From: Sphingobacteriales bacterium
Lineage (GTDB): Bacteria > Bacteroidota > Bacteroidia > UKL13-3
Length of the DNA stretch: 64,000 nt
Direction: 5' to 3'
Assembly: GCA_021299635.1 (NCBI GenBank)
Contig: JAJTFA010000001.1
Coordinates: 283,842-347,841, forward strand
Below are positions 62,987 to 64,000 of this stretch, in pieces. A model generated the notes under the pieces. That model was given only the letters and a program-made list of their open reading frames with translations, had not been told where the DNA came from and searched no databases. How positions within the stretch are numbered: position 1 is the stretch's first letter; every line of letters starts with the position of its first letter. Position numbers and translations under genes: made by a program.

Positions 62987-63811
62987 TTACTTCTTACGTC
63001 TTTCAATGATGAATCTGTTTGAATATTTCTTAGGCGTACGCGTCTTGTATCCTTTAGATTTTAAGCCTTTGCGTGAGCGTGGGTGACCACCTGAAGCTCT
63101 ACCTTCACCACCGCCCATCGGGTGATCTACAGGGTTCATAGCTACAGCGCGGTTACGTGGCCTGCGACCTCTCCATCTGTTTGCACCGGCTTTACCTTTG
63201 CGTTCAAGAATGTGGTCAGGATTAGATACAGAACCTACGGTTGCCATGCAGGCTGCAACAATCATGCGGGTTTCGCCTGATGCCAATTTTACGATGGCAT
63301 ATTTCCCATCGCGGTTTAGCAACTGAGCAAAAGAACCTGCTGAACGCACAAGCTTACCTCCACGACCTGGTTGCAACTCAATATTGTGAACCAATGAACC
63401 AAGAGGGATTTGGCTTAGTGGTAAAGTATTTCCGATTTCCGGTGCTGCTTTTGGACCATTCACTATGGTTTGACCAACTTGTAAACCTTGAGGTGCCAAA
63501 ATATATCTTTTCTCACCATCGGCATAATGCAATAAAGCGATACGGCCGCTACGATTTGGATCATACTCAATAGAAGCAACTTTTGCAGGAATATCGATTT
63601 TGTTGCGTTTAAAATCAATAACGCGGTACTTCTTTTTATGACCACCTCCAAGATAGCGCATGGTCATCTTTCCGGTGTTGTTACGACCTCCGGAGCTCTT
63701 TTTTGACACCAATAGTGACTTTTCAGGAGTTGATTTAGTAATCTCCTCGAAAGTGTTGGCCGCTTTAAATCGCGTTCCTGGTGTGACTGGTCTGAATTTT
63801 CTAATTCCCAT
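62987..63811 (-). CDS. rplB: 50S ribosomal protein L2
   Basis: 274 aa; conserved L2 motifs. Confidence 0.96.
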   Translation of the reverse strand: MGIRKFRPVTPGTRFKAANTFEEITKSTPEKSLLVSKKSSGGRNNTGKMTMRYLGGGHKKKYRVIDFKRNKIDIPAKVASIEYDPNRSGRIALLHYADGEKRYILAPQGLQVGQTIVNGPKAAPEIGNTLPLSQIPLGSLVHNIELQPGRGGKLVRSAGSFAQLLNRDGKYAIVKLASGETRMIVAACMATVGSVSNPDHILERKGKAGANRWRGRRPRNRAVAMNPVDHPMGGGEGRASGGHPRSRKGLKSKGYKTRTPKKYSNRFIIERRKK

Positions 63812-63818
63812 TGTTCAA

Positions 63819-64000
63819 TTAAATGTTTGCAAAGAAGTCGATCTTTTGACCTTCTTTCAGTGTAACAATCGCTTTTTTGTAAGACGGTCTTCTTCCGCTG
63901 AAGATACCGCGTTTGGTGAACCTCGACTTGGTTTTTCCAGCATATATTGCAGTGCTGATATTCGTCACGCTCACTCCATACATTTTTTCAATCGCCTCTT
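63819..64000 (-). CDS. rplW: 50S ribosomal protein L23 (C-terminal part; continues beyond window end)
   Basis: position upstream of rplB in S10 operon; reverse translation of window end gives L23-like C-terminus ..[17 protein letters not shown]. Confidence 0.8.
   Translation of the reverse strand, partial: EAIEKMYGVSVTNISTAIYAGKTKSRFTKRGIFSGRRPSYKKAIVTLKEGQKIDFFANI

Overview
This 64 kb window is chromosomal DNA from a Bacteroidota genome, and is mostly densely packed housekeeping genes with few gaps. The phylum call rests on three observations. A C-terminal sorting domain for the type IX secretion system (T9SS) is present. There is a fused MurF-alanine racemase gene. Promoter motifs of the form TTG-N19-TAnnTTTG sit upstream of both tRNA genes.

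The first 48 kb carries mreB, purH, purN, ribH, a 2-oxoacid dehydrogenase E1 beta subunit, lysS, rlmN, hsp20, recX, the murF-alr fusion, an AlkB-type membrane hydroxylase, hutH, hisS, groES/groEL, serS, lpd, accA, surE, fbp, lysC, folK, queA, gyrB and leuS. The last ~13 kb is the conserved S10-spc-alpha ribosomal protein operon on the minus strand, running from rplW to rplQ and including secY, infA and rpoA.

The most unusual content is a ~2.6 kb stretch from about 31.7 to 34.3 kb. Two paralogous modules flank accA, and each module consists of:
- an intact tRNA (tRNA-Asp-GTC in one, tRNA-Ala-GGC in the other);
- an intrinsic terminator;
- a mini GIY-YIG nuclease ORF of 84 to 94 aa whose start codon abuts the terminator U-tract;
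- a degenerate copy of the tRNA 3' half, with a palindromic hairpin insertion at the T-loop, followed by a second terminator.

Upstream of tRNA-Ala are two tandem ~83 bp pseudo-tRNA units derived from the tRNA-Ala 5' half. In each unit the D-loop and anticodon arm are replaced by tcccgat..atcggga hairpins, and the two units lie between the promoter and the tRNA. I read this as a candidate tRNA-targeting GIY-YIG selfish element system, together with tRNA-derived structured repeats that I have not seen described.

Other noteworthy items:
- a 69 bp tandem duplication of the lysS 3' end;
- a 475 bp AT-rich repetitive intergenic region where two genes converge;
- a GC-rich structured element after lpd;
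- a structured 140 nt leader upstream of rpsH.

No CRISPR arrays, transposases or integrases were seen.
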